DNA of 64,000 nt, taken from positions 56,606,001 to 56,670,000 of the forward strand of contig OZ024741.1 in the NCBI GenBank assembly GCA_964016885.1, written 5' to 3'. Origin of the DNA: Eledone cirrhosa. Lineage: Eukaryota. Position 1 is the first letter of the stretch, and the number at the start of each line of letters is the position of its first letter. The notes under the pieces are model-generated. The model was not told the DNA's origin and did no database searches. It was given only the letters and a program-made list of their open reading frames with translations. Position numbers and translations under genes: made by a program. This document shows positions 53,240-64,000 of the stretch, piece by piece.

Positions 53240-53765
53240 GCAGACGTGGTGAAGAAGTTCGCTTCAGAACTACGGAGTTTCGGGTTCTATCCTATTGTGT
53301 GTCAATTTGCAGATGTGTCTTCTATTATTGCTTCGAATTTGAATGATGTCTTTTGAGTGTGACGGAAACTGCGTATTTGTTTGTGTCCACGTCTGTGATT
53401 ATGCCTACTATTTTGTTATGACCTGTGTCTTAATGGTTCGACAAAGTCCCAGATTTGAAAAACAAAGTACTGGTAGCGATATGATCGACTAAATTCTTTC
53501 GAAGCAGTGTCCCGTCATGGCCTCAGTCTAATGACTGAAACTCATTGAATAAGGGTTTCTGATTTAGGGACAAGGCCAACAATTTTGGGGGAGGGAAAGT
53601 CGATTAAATCGACCCCAGTACGTTACTGACGCTTTATTTTATCGACCCCGTAAGGATGAAAGGCAAAGCTGACCTCGGCGGGATTTTAACTCAGAACGTA
53701 AAGGGACGTAACTCCATGCTGTAACGTATTGTGTCCGATTCTCTACTGATACTACCAATCCGCCA
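53240..53765. mobile_element. Tail-to-tail SINEs (53240-53545 plus, 53555-53765 minus)
   Basis: Second-family 3' end catggcctcagtctaatgactgaaac, then a first-family core on the minus strand. Confidence 0.75.
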
Positions 53766-54084
53766 GTTGAATAATAAAACATAAAGCCGCAAAATAATTG
53801 CAACTGATTTTTTCACATCACCCCTAATATACCATAGTTCCTTCTTTCGGATGTTCGTCAATGGGAATCTAATGTTGAAAGAAGTCTTCAGCTCTGTAGC
53901 TGAAGACTTCCTTTAGTATATAAAACATGATTGTTTGTTAAGCTGTCATATTCTATATTATGGCGTTAATGTTCAAATGGAATGTCTACATGAATTACAG
54001 CCACATCTCATTTAACGACCTTCTGTTTTGTTAAAGACCGCTCATACGGCTGTTATCATAGAACTGCCAACACTATGCCATGAT

Positions 54085-54762
<678 letters not shown>

Positions 54763-54770
54763 GTCTATAC

Positions 54771-55051
54771 CAGTCATGGGCAACCTGCGGCTCGCGAAGC
54801 TTTCTGAATGGCTCACCTAAGTGAAATCTTTGTGATTTTTTTACGTCAACTTTTCAGTCGTAATTTACCTTTTTATCTTTTTTACGATCGAGGAACACAA
54901 CGTGTACGAATTCTTAAGAAACAAATCAAAACAACCTGAGTTACCGCCCGTTTTTAAATGTGGACACGAATGTAAATTAGCACTTGCGGCCCGCCTGATG
55001 ATGAGCCATATCTCATGCGGCCCGCTTCTCGAAAAAGGTTGCCCATGCCTG
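54771..55051. mobile_element. hAT (Charlie-like) MITE, copy 2
   Basis: TIRs cagtcatgggcaacct / aggttgcccatgcctg; perfect 8-bp TSD gtctatac. Confidence 0.93.
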
Positions 55052-55122
55052 GTCTATACGTATATATCTCCACCACATCGTAATATGCTAGACCCTGATG
55101 TCAAAGTAGTGTATTTGCAAAA

Positions 55123-55173
<51 letters not shown>

Positions 55174-55487
55174 AATAAAATAAAACCACTATTTGATATT
55201 CTAGACGCTACATACAAGGAAGCACTGTCTGCATTCAAGGCAAGAAACTTTTGCCAGAGCAATATTTATAAGGGGGAATTCGTTTTGAGACTGCAGCTCG
55301 CTTTTCAACCCCAATTCGCTTTGCGAGCACAATTTGTTTTACGACTATGTCGAGGGGAACCAATCTTGGTTATTAAGTGAGGAGTGGTTACAGTGATCGA
55401 ATTCGATAATAATGGACGACACAAAAAAAAGACAATGAGATGTTACTAATGAAAAGAAGAAAAAAAAAAATATAAGTGTATGTAAAT

Positions 55488-55603
<116 letters not shown>

Positions 55604-55642
55604 ATGTATATGCATATATATATATCTATATATTTATATGTG

Positions 55643-55703
<61 letters not shown>

Positions 55704-55724
55704 ATATATATATACACATATATA

Positions 55725-55764
<40 letters not shown>

Positions 55765-55828
55765 TATACATATATATATGTATATATATATATATATAAG
55801 AGTAATATATATCTATATATATATACAT

Positions 55829-56852
55829 ATATATCTATATCCCAAATTAAGGTAAATTAAATGAATTTAATCTAAATCAAAATTATGGGTGTCATGCCAG
55901 AAAGACATGCGCCATATCACCCGGAAAATAAGCTCTAAGATTCTAACGAGTAGGTCCGAACATTTTATAATAACTAGAAATTGATTAACATATATATAAA
56001 CATGAATAATCACAGGAGATAATTTTTACAAGTGTGTAACCACACATAGCTTGTTGAAAATCCAAATCTCCACTTCCGTGGTTTACCATCCGATTAATTG
56101 GTGAAATATATTTCTTTAATGGAATATATACAGGGAAGATTAATCACAGGAGGTATCTATTTTTGAAGTTCTGGTCAACATTATTTAGATACCTACCTAG
56201 CTATGTGTGGTTTCACACTTGTAAAAATTATCTCCTGTGATTATTCATGTTTATATGTATGTTAATCAATTTCTAGTTATTATAAAATGCTCGAACCTAC
56301 TCGTTAGAATCTTAGAGCTTATTTTCCGGGTGATATGGCGCATGTCTTTCTGGCATGACACCCATAATTTTGATTTAGATTAAATTCATTTAATTTATCT
56401 TAATTTTGGATATAGATATATAAATACGGCTCCTTAATTGTAGAGCTAACTCTGTTGAAAGGACTCGACTGCTGTTTCTAGTTGTCGATAACCCTATTCA
56501 CGCCACTGGGACGAAGCTACTATGATGTGTGTATTTCTAGTAAATACTACACGTGGTGATAGCCAGTCGCAGATTTGAACTTGAAGTGTAAGCACGGATA
56601 GCTGAAAAAATTTTTTTCCTTGTTGAAAATCCAAATCTCCACTTCCGTGGTTTACCATCCGATTAATTGGTGAAATATATTTCTTTAATGGAATATATAC
56701 AGGGAAGATTAATCATATTATAAGGTATCTATTTTTGAAGTTCTGGTCAACTTTATTTAGTTACCTACCTAGCTATGTGTGGTTACACACTTGTAAAAAT
56801 TATCTTTGTGATTATTCATGTTTATATATATGTTAATCAATTTCTAGTTATT
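55829..56852. mobile_element. Non-coding element with both inverted and tandem terminal duplications, in (AT)n
   Basis: 55829-56051 inverted relative to 56199-56422; 56051-56284 directly repeated at 56620-56852. Confidence 0.85.
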
Positions 56853-56916
56853 ATATATACATATATATACATATATATACATATATATACATATATATAT
56901 ATGTATATATATATAT

Positions 56917-59900
56917 ATAACAACATACACAAAAGTCAACGCACTCTACAGACAAAAACGCATCAACGGTAAGGAAATCCGAAATCTCATCACAGCAAAC
57001 GAGAGAGATGACTTCATGAGCGTCATCCGACGCGAAACGAAATATGCTCAAAACGAATGCTGTAGGCATTTCAAGAAGAAATTAGAATGGATGAATAAGA
57101 AAAAACTACAAGAAAGGAAAATCGAATATTCTCAAAAATACCCAGATAACATCGACAACATCCGTATGAGTGATGTAAAACTACCGGAAGAATTTACCAA
57201 TGACCACACAGTAAATATCTATGGGAACACTTTAATCAGTGAACAAGAACAACAAATCCTAAGGTTACCACCAAAATTTGCCATCTACAAAAAGATTAAC
57301 CCTATGGAATGCAAAACGGAGCTGGAAAAGTGTTTCACAAAAATACGTTGGAATGCAAAGGTAAACAACAACAACAATAATAACGGTAGTAGTAATATAA
57401 ACAATAACTCTGGGTATAGAAATAACAGCCATAACCATAACAATGGCAGGAAAGTGAGAAATAGTGATAATGGTAATAATACTAGCGATAGACAGAACAA
57501 CAACAACCACAATAATAATAATAATAGAAACGTTAACCACAGACACAGCAACAGTGACCACAGTAGTAATAACGGTAACAATACGAACAACAACAACAAT
57601 AACCACAGTGGTAATAATGGAAATAGTACATGTAGCAACATCAACAAAAACAAGAAACATAATAATAGTAACAACCACAATGGTAGAAATAGCAGTAACA
57701 ACAACAACAATAACGGTGAAGTAAACAACAATACATCTAGCAATCATAACAATAATAATAATAATGCTAATGATAGAAACAACAACAACCACCATGATAA
57801 CAATAATAGCAACACACACAACTATGACGATAGAAATAACGACAACCCCTTAGAGAAACTATTTTTCAACCCAGCTGACAAAACATATAAGATGGGTAAT
57901 ATCTATCCTACGAGGTTACCCTTTAATAAAAGAGTTTGCATACCACAGCAAATAGATGACGAGACGGAGGCACAGTTCACCATAGCTAGAAATAAGATTA
58001 GACAAGTAGTAGACAGGTACACTATGAGACAGAGCAGACCAGAGGCCCAACAACTTGGGATAAAACCTGTAGAAGGCTTGGTTAGCCTCAAGCAGCGCAC
58101 AAGGGATGGTGAGGTAGTGTGTCTACCCACAGATAAGTCTGGTAGGATGTCAATAGATAGCATGCCGAACTACATCGAGGCAATGCAACCCCACATCACC
58201 AACACGAGCGAAGTTGCACAACTAACACACGATGGGAGAGAAAAAATCCTCAACGCTCATATGATGATGTGGACTGACATCCTAAAGCCAAGCAGACGCA
58301 CTGCCAACAACTTCCAGGCGTCTAACAATGGCATACCACCCTTGTATGGGCTCCGCAAAGACCACAAGACAGTCGACGACCCGACAACAGGACCACCAAC
58401 AAGACCCGTATGCGGAGCTAATATAGCTAGCAACTACAGGATCTCCTACTTCCTCTCAATGGTTATACGCCCCATAATCAAGATGTCCCCAGATGTATGT
58501 GAAAGTACAGAGGACCTCCTCAGCAGAATCAGTGAGTGCAACAAAAACAGGAGCCTATCCAACTGCATAATAGGCAGCATGGATGTGGTGTCACTGTACC
58601 CATCCATTAACATTGATTTTGCTGTGAAAAGATGTGTGGAGATGATCATTGAGAGTGAGGTGGAGTTCTGCGACGTCGACACAGACGAACTGGGCCTCCT
58701 ACTTAGACTTACCTACGACACTGACTACCTAGACAGCCATGACCTTAGATGTTTCTGCCCTAGTAGACCTATAAGAGGTAGACCCCCCACCATAACCTCA
58801 ATGGCTAAAAAGACTCCCATAGGAAGGTGGATTGGGTGGACCAAAGCTATACGGACCCCCCAAAACACTGATCAGGTAAGAAAAATGGTCGCACATGCAA
58901 TAGGGGCTAGTATCAAAACTACCCTAAAGGGCCACATATTTAAGTTCAATGAGAAAATCTACACCCAAAATGAGGGAGCAGCCATCGGCGTCAGCATAGC
59001 TGGTGATGTTGCCAACCTTTTCATGGTATGGTGGGAAAGGAGACTTAAAGATCTCCTTAATGAAAGCTCCATAGACCTCATCATGTACTCTCGTTATGTA
59101 GACGATATCAATATAGTTATAAGAACACCCCCACTAGAGAGCACTAACAAGTTTGATTTAGAACGTAGCACGATGGAAAGCATCCAGCAGATAGCTAATT
59201 CCATACACCAGAGTATAACTGTAACTATAGACTTCCCTTCCAAACACCCTAACAATAGACTACCTGTATTAGACACAGAACTCTGGATTAACACTATAGA
59301 CGAGAGAGCCCAAATTCTCCACTCACACTATGCTAAACCCATGGCCTCCAAATACCTGATACTCAAAAACTCAGCAATGTCCAGTAGTGCTAAGTTTAAT
59401 ATTCTGATCGCAGATTTGGTACGAGTGATGAAGAATGTGTCCAGCATGTGCGACCCAACAGAAATGGAAGGACACATCCAACACTTCATCAACCGCATGC
59501 AGTTCTCTGGCTACAACCAAAGAGACAGAGTCAGAGTATACGAAGGAGCCATGGAAAAGTATAAGACCCTCATAGAACTGGACATGAAAGGAATTTGCCC
59601 ACTATACAGGAGCAAATCATGGAATAGCTTAGATAGGGCTAGACATAAGATAGGGAAGGCCACATCATGGTACGACAACCAGAGATATCAGAGTGTCATG
59701 TTTGTGGACGCCACCCCTGGTGGGAAATTAGCTAACCAGTGTAGAAAGGCCCTGAGAAAGACCCACTTAAAAATAAAGGTGGTAGAAAAGCCAGGAACCA
59801 CCATAAAATCCCTGATCAGCAAAACCTACCCTTTTAAGAAAACCCACTGTACCAATAGGAAATGTATCATATGTAAGGTGAACCCCCGGATAAAACTAGA

Positions 59901-60774
59901 AACGTAGTCTATAGCATAAGATGTACAGAGGGTACTTGCAGAAACATGACAACAACATACATAGGTGAGACAGCTCGTAGCATAGGTGAAAGGATAGACC
60001 AACACTGGGGGGGAACTAAAAGGACGAACAAACGGGTCAGTACTATACGAACATGCTAGACAACAACATGACGGTAACATAGACAACATAGAAATTAGAA
60101 TAATATCTAAACATAGGAATGACCCAGCAGATAGCAAATCAGAGAGGCCAGTGAAATAGAAATTAGAAGACCAAAGCTAAACAGAAAGAATGAGTGGAAC
60201 AACAACAACACCCAAACAAACAACACTGACCTAAGAGAAGTATAAATAAGTAAATAAAATTAAATAAAATAAGATAAATAAATACATACACAAGCACAAT
60301 AACAACAAGCACATAAACACACACTAGTCACCCAGCAGACATAACACTATACACACTAGTCACACATCACACATAACACTATACACACACGCAAACGCAT
60401 GCGCAAAGAAGACAAAATAAAATAAGATAAACAAACAAGCAAATAAATAAATAAATATATAGACAAAAAAAAAAAAAAAAAAAAATGGCGTAGACATACA
60501 ACACAACAGGAGGAACAATGAATATAACACCACTGACGATGTTGCAGATGTGCAACGAAAGATTTATGTAAATTATGTAAACTATATATATGTGTTTGTG
60601 TCTATATTGTATCTGTATTATTTTTGACCGCCAGTCAGTCAATGGCAACATTGAGGACCGAGTAAGTTAGATCGCAGATATAAAAGACAGCGAGAAGCGA
60701 AAACCAACCAAACAGTGAGTGTGTTCTGTTATTAATTCTGGCAATATTACGCAAATATGACCCTCCCCAAATGT

Positions 60775-60781
<7 letters not shown>
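56917..60781 (+). mobile_element. Large Penelope-like element (RT + GIY-YIG + hammerhead-like pLTR) in (AT)n
   Basis: 963-codon RT ORF, frameshifted GIY-YIG (NVVYSIRC..C..YIGETARSIGERIDQH..LYEH..H..E..LNRKNEW) at about 59892-60200, 3' end matching 50686-51010. Confidence 0.93.
57016..59907 (+). CDS. PLE reverse transcriptase with Asn-rich low-complexity insert
   Basis: LPPKF, PTDKSG, LYGLRKDHK, PTRPVC, SMDVVSLYPSI, YTQNEGAAIG, YSRYVDDI, LPVLD, YAKP. Confidence 0.92.
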   Translation: MSVIRRETKYAQNECCRHFKKKLEWMNKKKLQERKIEYSQKYPDNIDNIRMSDVKLPEEFTNDHTVNIYGNTLISEQEQQILRLPPKFAIYKKINPMECKTELEKCFTKIRWNAKVNNNNNNNGSSNINNNSGYRNNSHNHNNGRKVRNSDNGNNTSDRQNNNNHNNNNNRNVNHRHSNSDHSSNNGNNTNNNNNNHSGNNGNSTCSNINKNKKHNNSNNHNGRNSSNNNNNNGEVNNNTSSNHNNNNNNANDRNNNNHHDNNNSNTHNYDDRNNDNPLEKLFFNPADKTYKMGNIYPTRLPFNKRVCIPQQIDDETEAQFTIARNKIRQVVDRYTMRQSRPEAQQLGIKPVEGLVSLKQRTRDGEVVCLPTDKSGRMSIDSMPNYIEAMQPHITNTSEVAQLTHDGREKILNAHMMMWTDILKPSRRTANNFQASNNGIPPLYGLRKDHKTVDDPTTGPPTRPVCGANIASNYRISYFLSMVIRPIIKMSPDVCESTEDLLSRISECNKNRSLSNCIIGSMDVVSLYPSINIDFAVKRCVEMIIESEVEFCDVDTDELGLLLRLTYDTDYLDSHDLRCFCPSRPIRGRPPTITSMAKKTPIGRWIGWTKAIRTPQNTDQVRKMVAHAIGASIKTTLKGHIFKFNEKIYTQNEGAAIGVSIAGDVANLFMVWWERRLKDLLNESSIDLIMYSRYVDDINIVIRTPPLESTNKFDLERSTMESIQQIANSIHQSITVTIDFPSKHPNNRLPVLDTELWINTIDERAQILHSHYAKPMASKYLILKNSAMSSSAKFNILIADLVRVMKNVSSMCDPTEMEGHIQHFINRMQFSGYNQRDRVRVYEGAMEKYKTLIELDMKGICPLYRSKSWNSLDRARHKIGKATSWYDNQRYQSVMFVDATPGGKLANQCRKALRKTHLKIKVVEKPGTTIKSLISKTYPFKKTHCTNRKCIICKVNPRIKLET

Positions 60782-60865
<84 letters not shown>

Positions 60866-60878
60866 CATATATATATGC

Positions 60879-60942
<64 letters not shown>

Positions 60943-60993
60943 ATATATATATATAAGGGAAGAAGCTATTATTTTTTCAACGACTTTTTCACA

Positions 60994-61133
<140 letters not shown>

Positions 61134-61502
61134 ATATATATATATATTATTTTCCCATTGTTTTCCATTTGTCAATTCATCGATTTTTTTTTTTTGTAGG
61201 AGGTGAGGAAAATTTCTAATCATTGTTTACAAAGAAGTAAATAAGCCGAGTGTTTTTGATTTATCATTGCAATCTTTGCTCCGTTTCCTGTGTGATATCC
61301 GCTAGAGAGTATTCCATTACAGTTATTTATATATGTTATTCATATTTGTAAACAAAATCTGTAATGTTATCTCACGAAGCAATAGTAATACAACAACGGA
61401 CGGAAGTTTAAAATCAAAACTACAATGGCGAAATTTATATTCACCTTTTTATTTGTATGTTTGTATTTATATATTTATGTATGTATGCGTGTATGTATGT
61501 AT

Positions 61503-61899
61503 GTTCTGGTTTTATAATTTTATAAATGTTTACCAATAGAGAGAGTCAGTTTTTAATATAGACACAAGACTCTTTCACTGGAATTTAAACATCAACTAGG
61601 TAGATATGTATGCATGTCTGCATACATGCATGTGTGTGCAGGTATGGATGTTATTGTATGTGTGGGTATGTATGTTTTGAGTTATATGTGTGCATTTGTA
61701 TATGCTTTGTATCTGTACATGTGCACATGCAGTTATTAGATGCATAATCTTTGGAATGTTTTACATATTTTTACTGTTCCATTAATGGATTGTACTTGTT
61801 GTGTTTCTTTCTATTTCTATGAAGCCCAGCTTCTCAATATTTGTATTGAGGCAGTTACTAACTTACCCCAGTGCCCCGATAATCACAGGTACAAATCTG
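61503..61899 (-). mobile_element. 5'-truncated Dong LINE 3' end, diverged
   Basis: Reverse complement of the endonuclease end and 3' UTR; flanked by (TATG)n. Confidence 0.85.
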
Positions 61900-61979
61900 T
61901 ATGTATGTATGTATGTATGTATGTATGTATGTATGTATGTATGTATGTATGTATGTATGTATGTATGTATGTATGCATG

Positions 61980-62349
61980 TAGGAGAAGGAAAACTCTTAT
62001 ATAACACCTGCAACTCTGATGGTATCCAATGATGTTGAATTGTTCTTCTTTTTGGTAAATATCATCTTGGTTAAGAGAGTGGGACTGGCTTTGTGCAGTG
62101 CCTTTGCTCACTATAAAAGCTTCACGGCACAGGCATTGCTTTATATCTGGAGATCTCTCTGCACTTGTCATCACATGGTACCATGGGCCCAGCACTATGT
62201 GTCAATAATTGTCACAGGTGTAGTGTTTGTACCAGATTTTTCAGGTCGCTGGCTGGACTAAAATGTCACACTCGTTCAGCGCATCGGTAGGGGTTCTCCT
62301 ACATGGATATAAGGTAGTGGTCGTACTCGAAAACGAGTTGGCAGCCACC
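61980..62349 (+). mobile_element. 5'-truncated copy of the bipartite RTE-derived element
   Basis: Reverse complement of 7957-8322; (ATGT)n tail. Confidence 0.85.
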
Positions 62350-62392
62350 ATGTATGTATGTATGTATGTATGTATGTATGTATGTATGTATG

Positions 62393-62423
<31 letters not shown>

Positions 62424-62566
62424 CTATGTATATCTGTATGTTCATATGTACGTATGTATGTATGTATGAATGTGTGTGCATATGTGGGTGTGCATGTATG
62501 TATGTTTGTATGCATGCATGAAGGTGTGTGTATTTATTTATGTATGTTTGTATGTATGTATGTATG

Positions 62567-62597
<31 letters not shown>

Positions 62598-63005
62598 GCA
62601 TGTACATACGTATATATCTGTGTGCATGCGTGTGTGTGTGTATGCATATATGCATGTATGTATCTATATATGAAGAGATAGATGGATAGATGGATAAATG
62701 GGTGTGGTGAAAGTGCATGTCTTAATTGTTCGGTGCGAGTTCGAAAAAAACCCTTTGTTTAACGGTGTTACAGTTTACTCAGTAATTTAAAGTGCCAGTC
62801 ATTTCCCATAGTGTCACGCTGAATCTCCACGAGAACTACGTTAAGGGTACACGTGTCTGGAATGCTCAGGCACTTGCACGTTTTTTTCACGAGCAGTCAG
62901 TTCCGTTGCTCGAATCGATTCATGTGTGCGCGTGTACATGCCTATGTGTGTGTATGTGTATGTATGCATGAAACATAATACATACATACATACATACGTA
63001 CATAA

Positions 63006-63036
<31 letters not shown>

Positions 63037-63081
63037 CATACACAAATATATATACATGCGCACGCACATACATACATAAAC

Positions 63082-63328
63082 AATTGTGCATCTAATAACT
63101 GCATGTACAGATACAAAACATATGCACATGCATACATATAACTCAAATCATACATGCCCACACATACAATAAGATCCATACCTGCACACACATGCATGCA
63201 TGCAGACATGCAGACATATCTACCTAGTTGATGTTGTCTAAATTCCAATGAAAGAGATTTGTGTCTATGTTAGAAACCAACTCTCTCTCTATTTGTAACA
63301 ATTTATAAAATTATGAAACCAGAAGAAC
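63082..63328 (+). mobile_element. Dong LINE 3' UTR fragment
   Basis: Same 3' UTR ending aaaccagaagaac + (ATAC)n. Confidence 0.85.
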
Positions 63329-63364
63329 ATACATACATACATACATGTATGTATGTATGTATGT

Positions 63365-63983
63365 GAGTGGTCACCTTGTCAGGATGAAGGATTCTAGAAT
63401 ACTAAAACAACTCTATTATGGAGAGTTAGTTAAAGGAAAACGACCGCCACATAAACCAAAAAAGAGATATAAGGATTCCTTGAAAGCCTCTTTGAAAGAC
63501 GCTAACATCTCTGTTGATACATGGGAGAATATTGCTGCTGATCGTAATAAATGGAGAAAGACTGTATATGAGGGAAAAGTTGCCTTTGAGGCATCTCGAA
63601 TCGCATACGAGAAAGTAAAGCGGGATGTGAGGAAGGGCATTGCTGTTGCACTTCCAGACGGCGAAGGTCCTCCTATGGTGCTGACATGCTGCGTCTGTGC
63701 GAGACTCTGCCTAAGCAAAGCTGGACTCGAAAGTCATCTTCGCAGTCATAAAGTAAGACCAGTGGTTGACTACCAGGCTGCTGTTGGAGATGCTACTCAT
63801 CATGCTTGCCAAACATGTGGTAGAGAATGTAAATCAGCAGGAGGGCTCAATCGACATGCAAAAGTATATGAACTCCAACCACAGCCGACTATTCCCAGTG
63901 AATGTTTTGGTTGCCGACTCTGTGCAAGACATTTTAGATCATTGGCTGGGCTAAAAAGCCATATTCGATCGCAGCGCAGTTAG
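63365..63983 (+). CDS. RTE LINE ORF2 C-terminus with three C2H2-type zinc fingers (5'-truncated; element runs off the window)
   Basis: GHLVRMKDSRILKQLYYGEL..GKRP..PKKRYKDSLK..WE..A.DR..WR, then three CxxC-x12-H motifs. Confidence 0.88.
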
Positions 63984-64000
63984 TTGCTATCGTGTGTGTA

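Noticed and set aside
53881-53910. 13-bp hairpin as a terminator or miRNA
   Set aside because: Too short for a pre-miRNA, bacterial-type terminators do not apply, and there is no supporting context
57012-57045. Hammerhead-like ttcatga-gcgtc atcc gacgc-gaaac at the PLE ORF start
   Set aside because: Core positions C3 and G5 are wrong, there is no stem I or III, and it lies in coding sequence; probably chance
57265-57819. Hydrophobic minus-strand ORFs (poly-Leu, Val/Ile) as membrane proteins
   Set aside because: They are antisense shadows of the Asn-rich AAC/AAT tract
57016-60200. Selenocysteine recoding in the PLE ORFs
   Set aside because: No in-frame TGA at Cys positions; the break near 59890 is a frameshift

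Overview
AT-rich, microsatellite-dense eukaryotic DNA with no recognisable host gene. The SINE families and the (AT)n/(CA)n/(TACA)n load resemble octopus (cephalopod) intronic or intergenic DNA; this is an inference, not a database match. Nearly all complex sequence is mobile DNA. (1) R4/Dong-type restriction-like-endonuclease LINEs stacked in (TACA)n arrays, including one near-full-length degraded copy at 11117-15454. (2) Several RTE LINE fragments, one with a PHD-like finger inside the RT and one with three C-terminal C2H2-type fingers, plus a bipartite RTE-derived non-autonomous element. (3) A CR1/L2-group fragment. (4) At least three lineages of Penelope-like elements (PLEs) with GIY-YIG endonucleases. 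(5) Many tRNA-derived SINEs. (6) Mariner, hAT and piggyBac-like MITEs. The most striking pattern is about a dozen short foldback (inverted-duplicated) insertions, mostly in (AT)n. Many carry minimal type I hammerhead ribozyme motifs (CTGANGA-stem II-GAAA-short palindrome), and some share terminal motifs with the large PLE at 56917-60781. Most ORFs in the supplied track are microsatellite artefacts. All alignments and folds were done by eye, so coordinates are approximate to a few bases.
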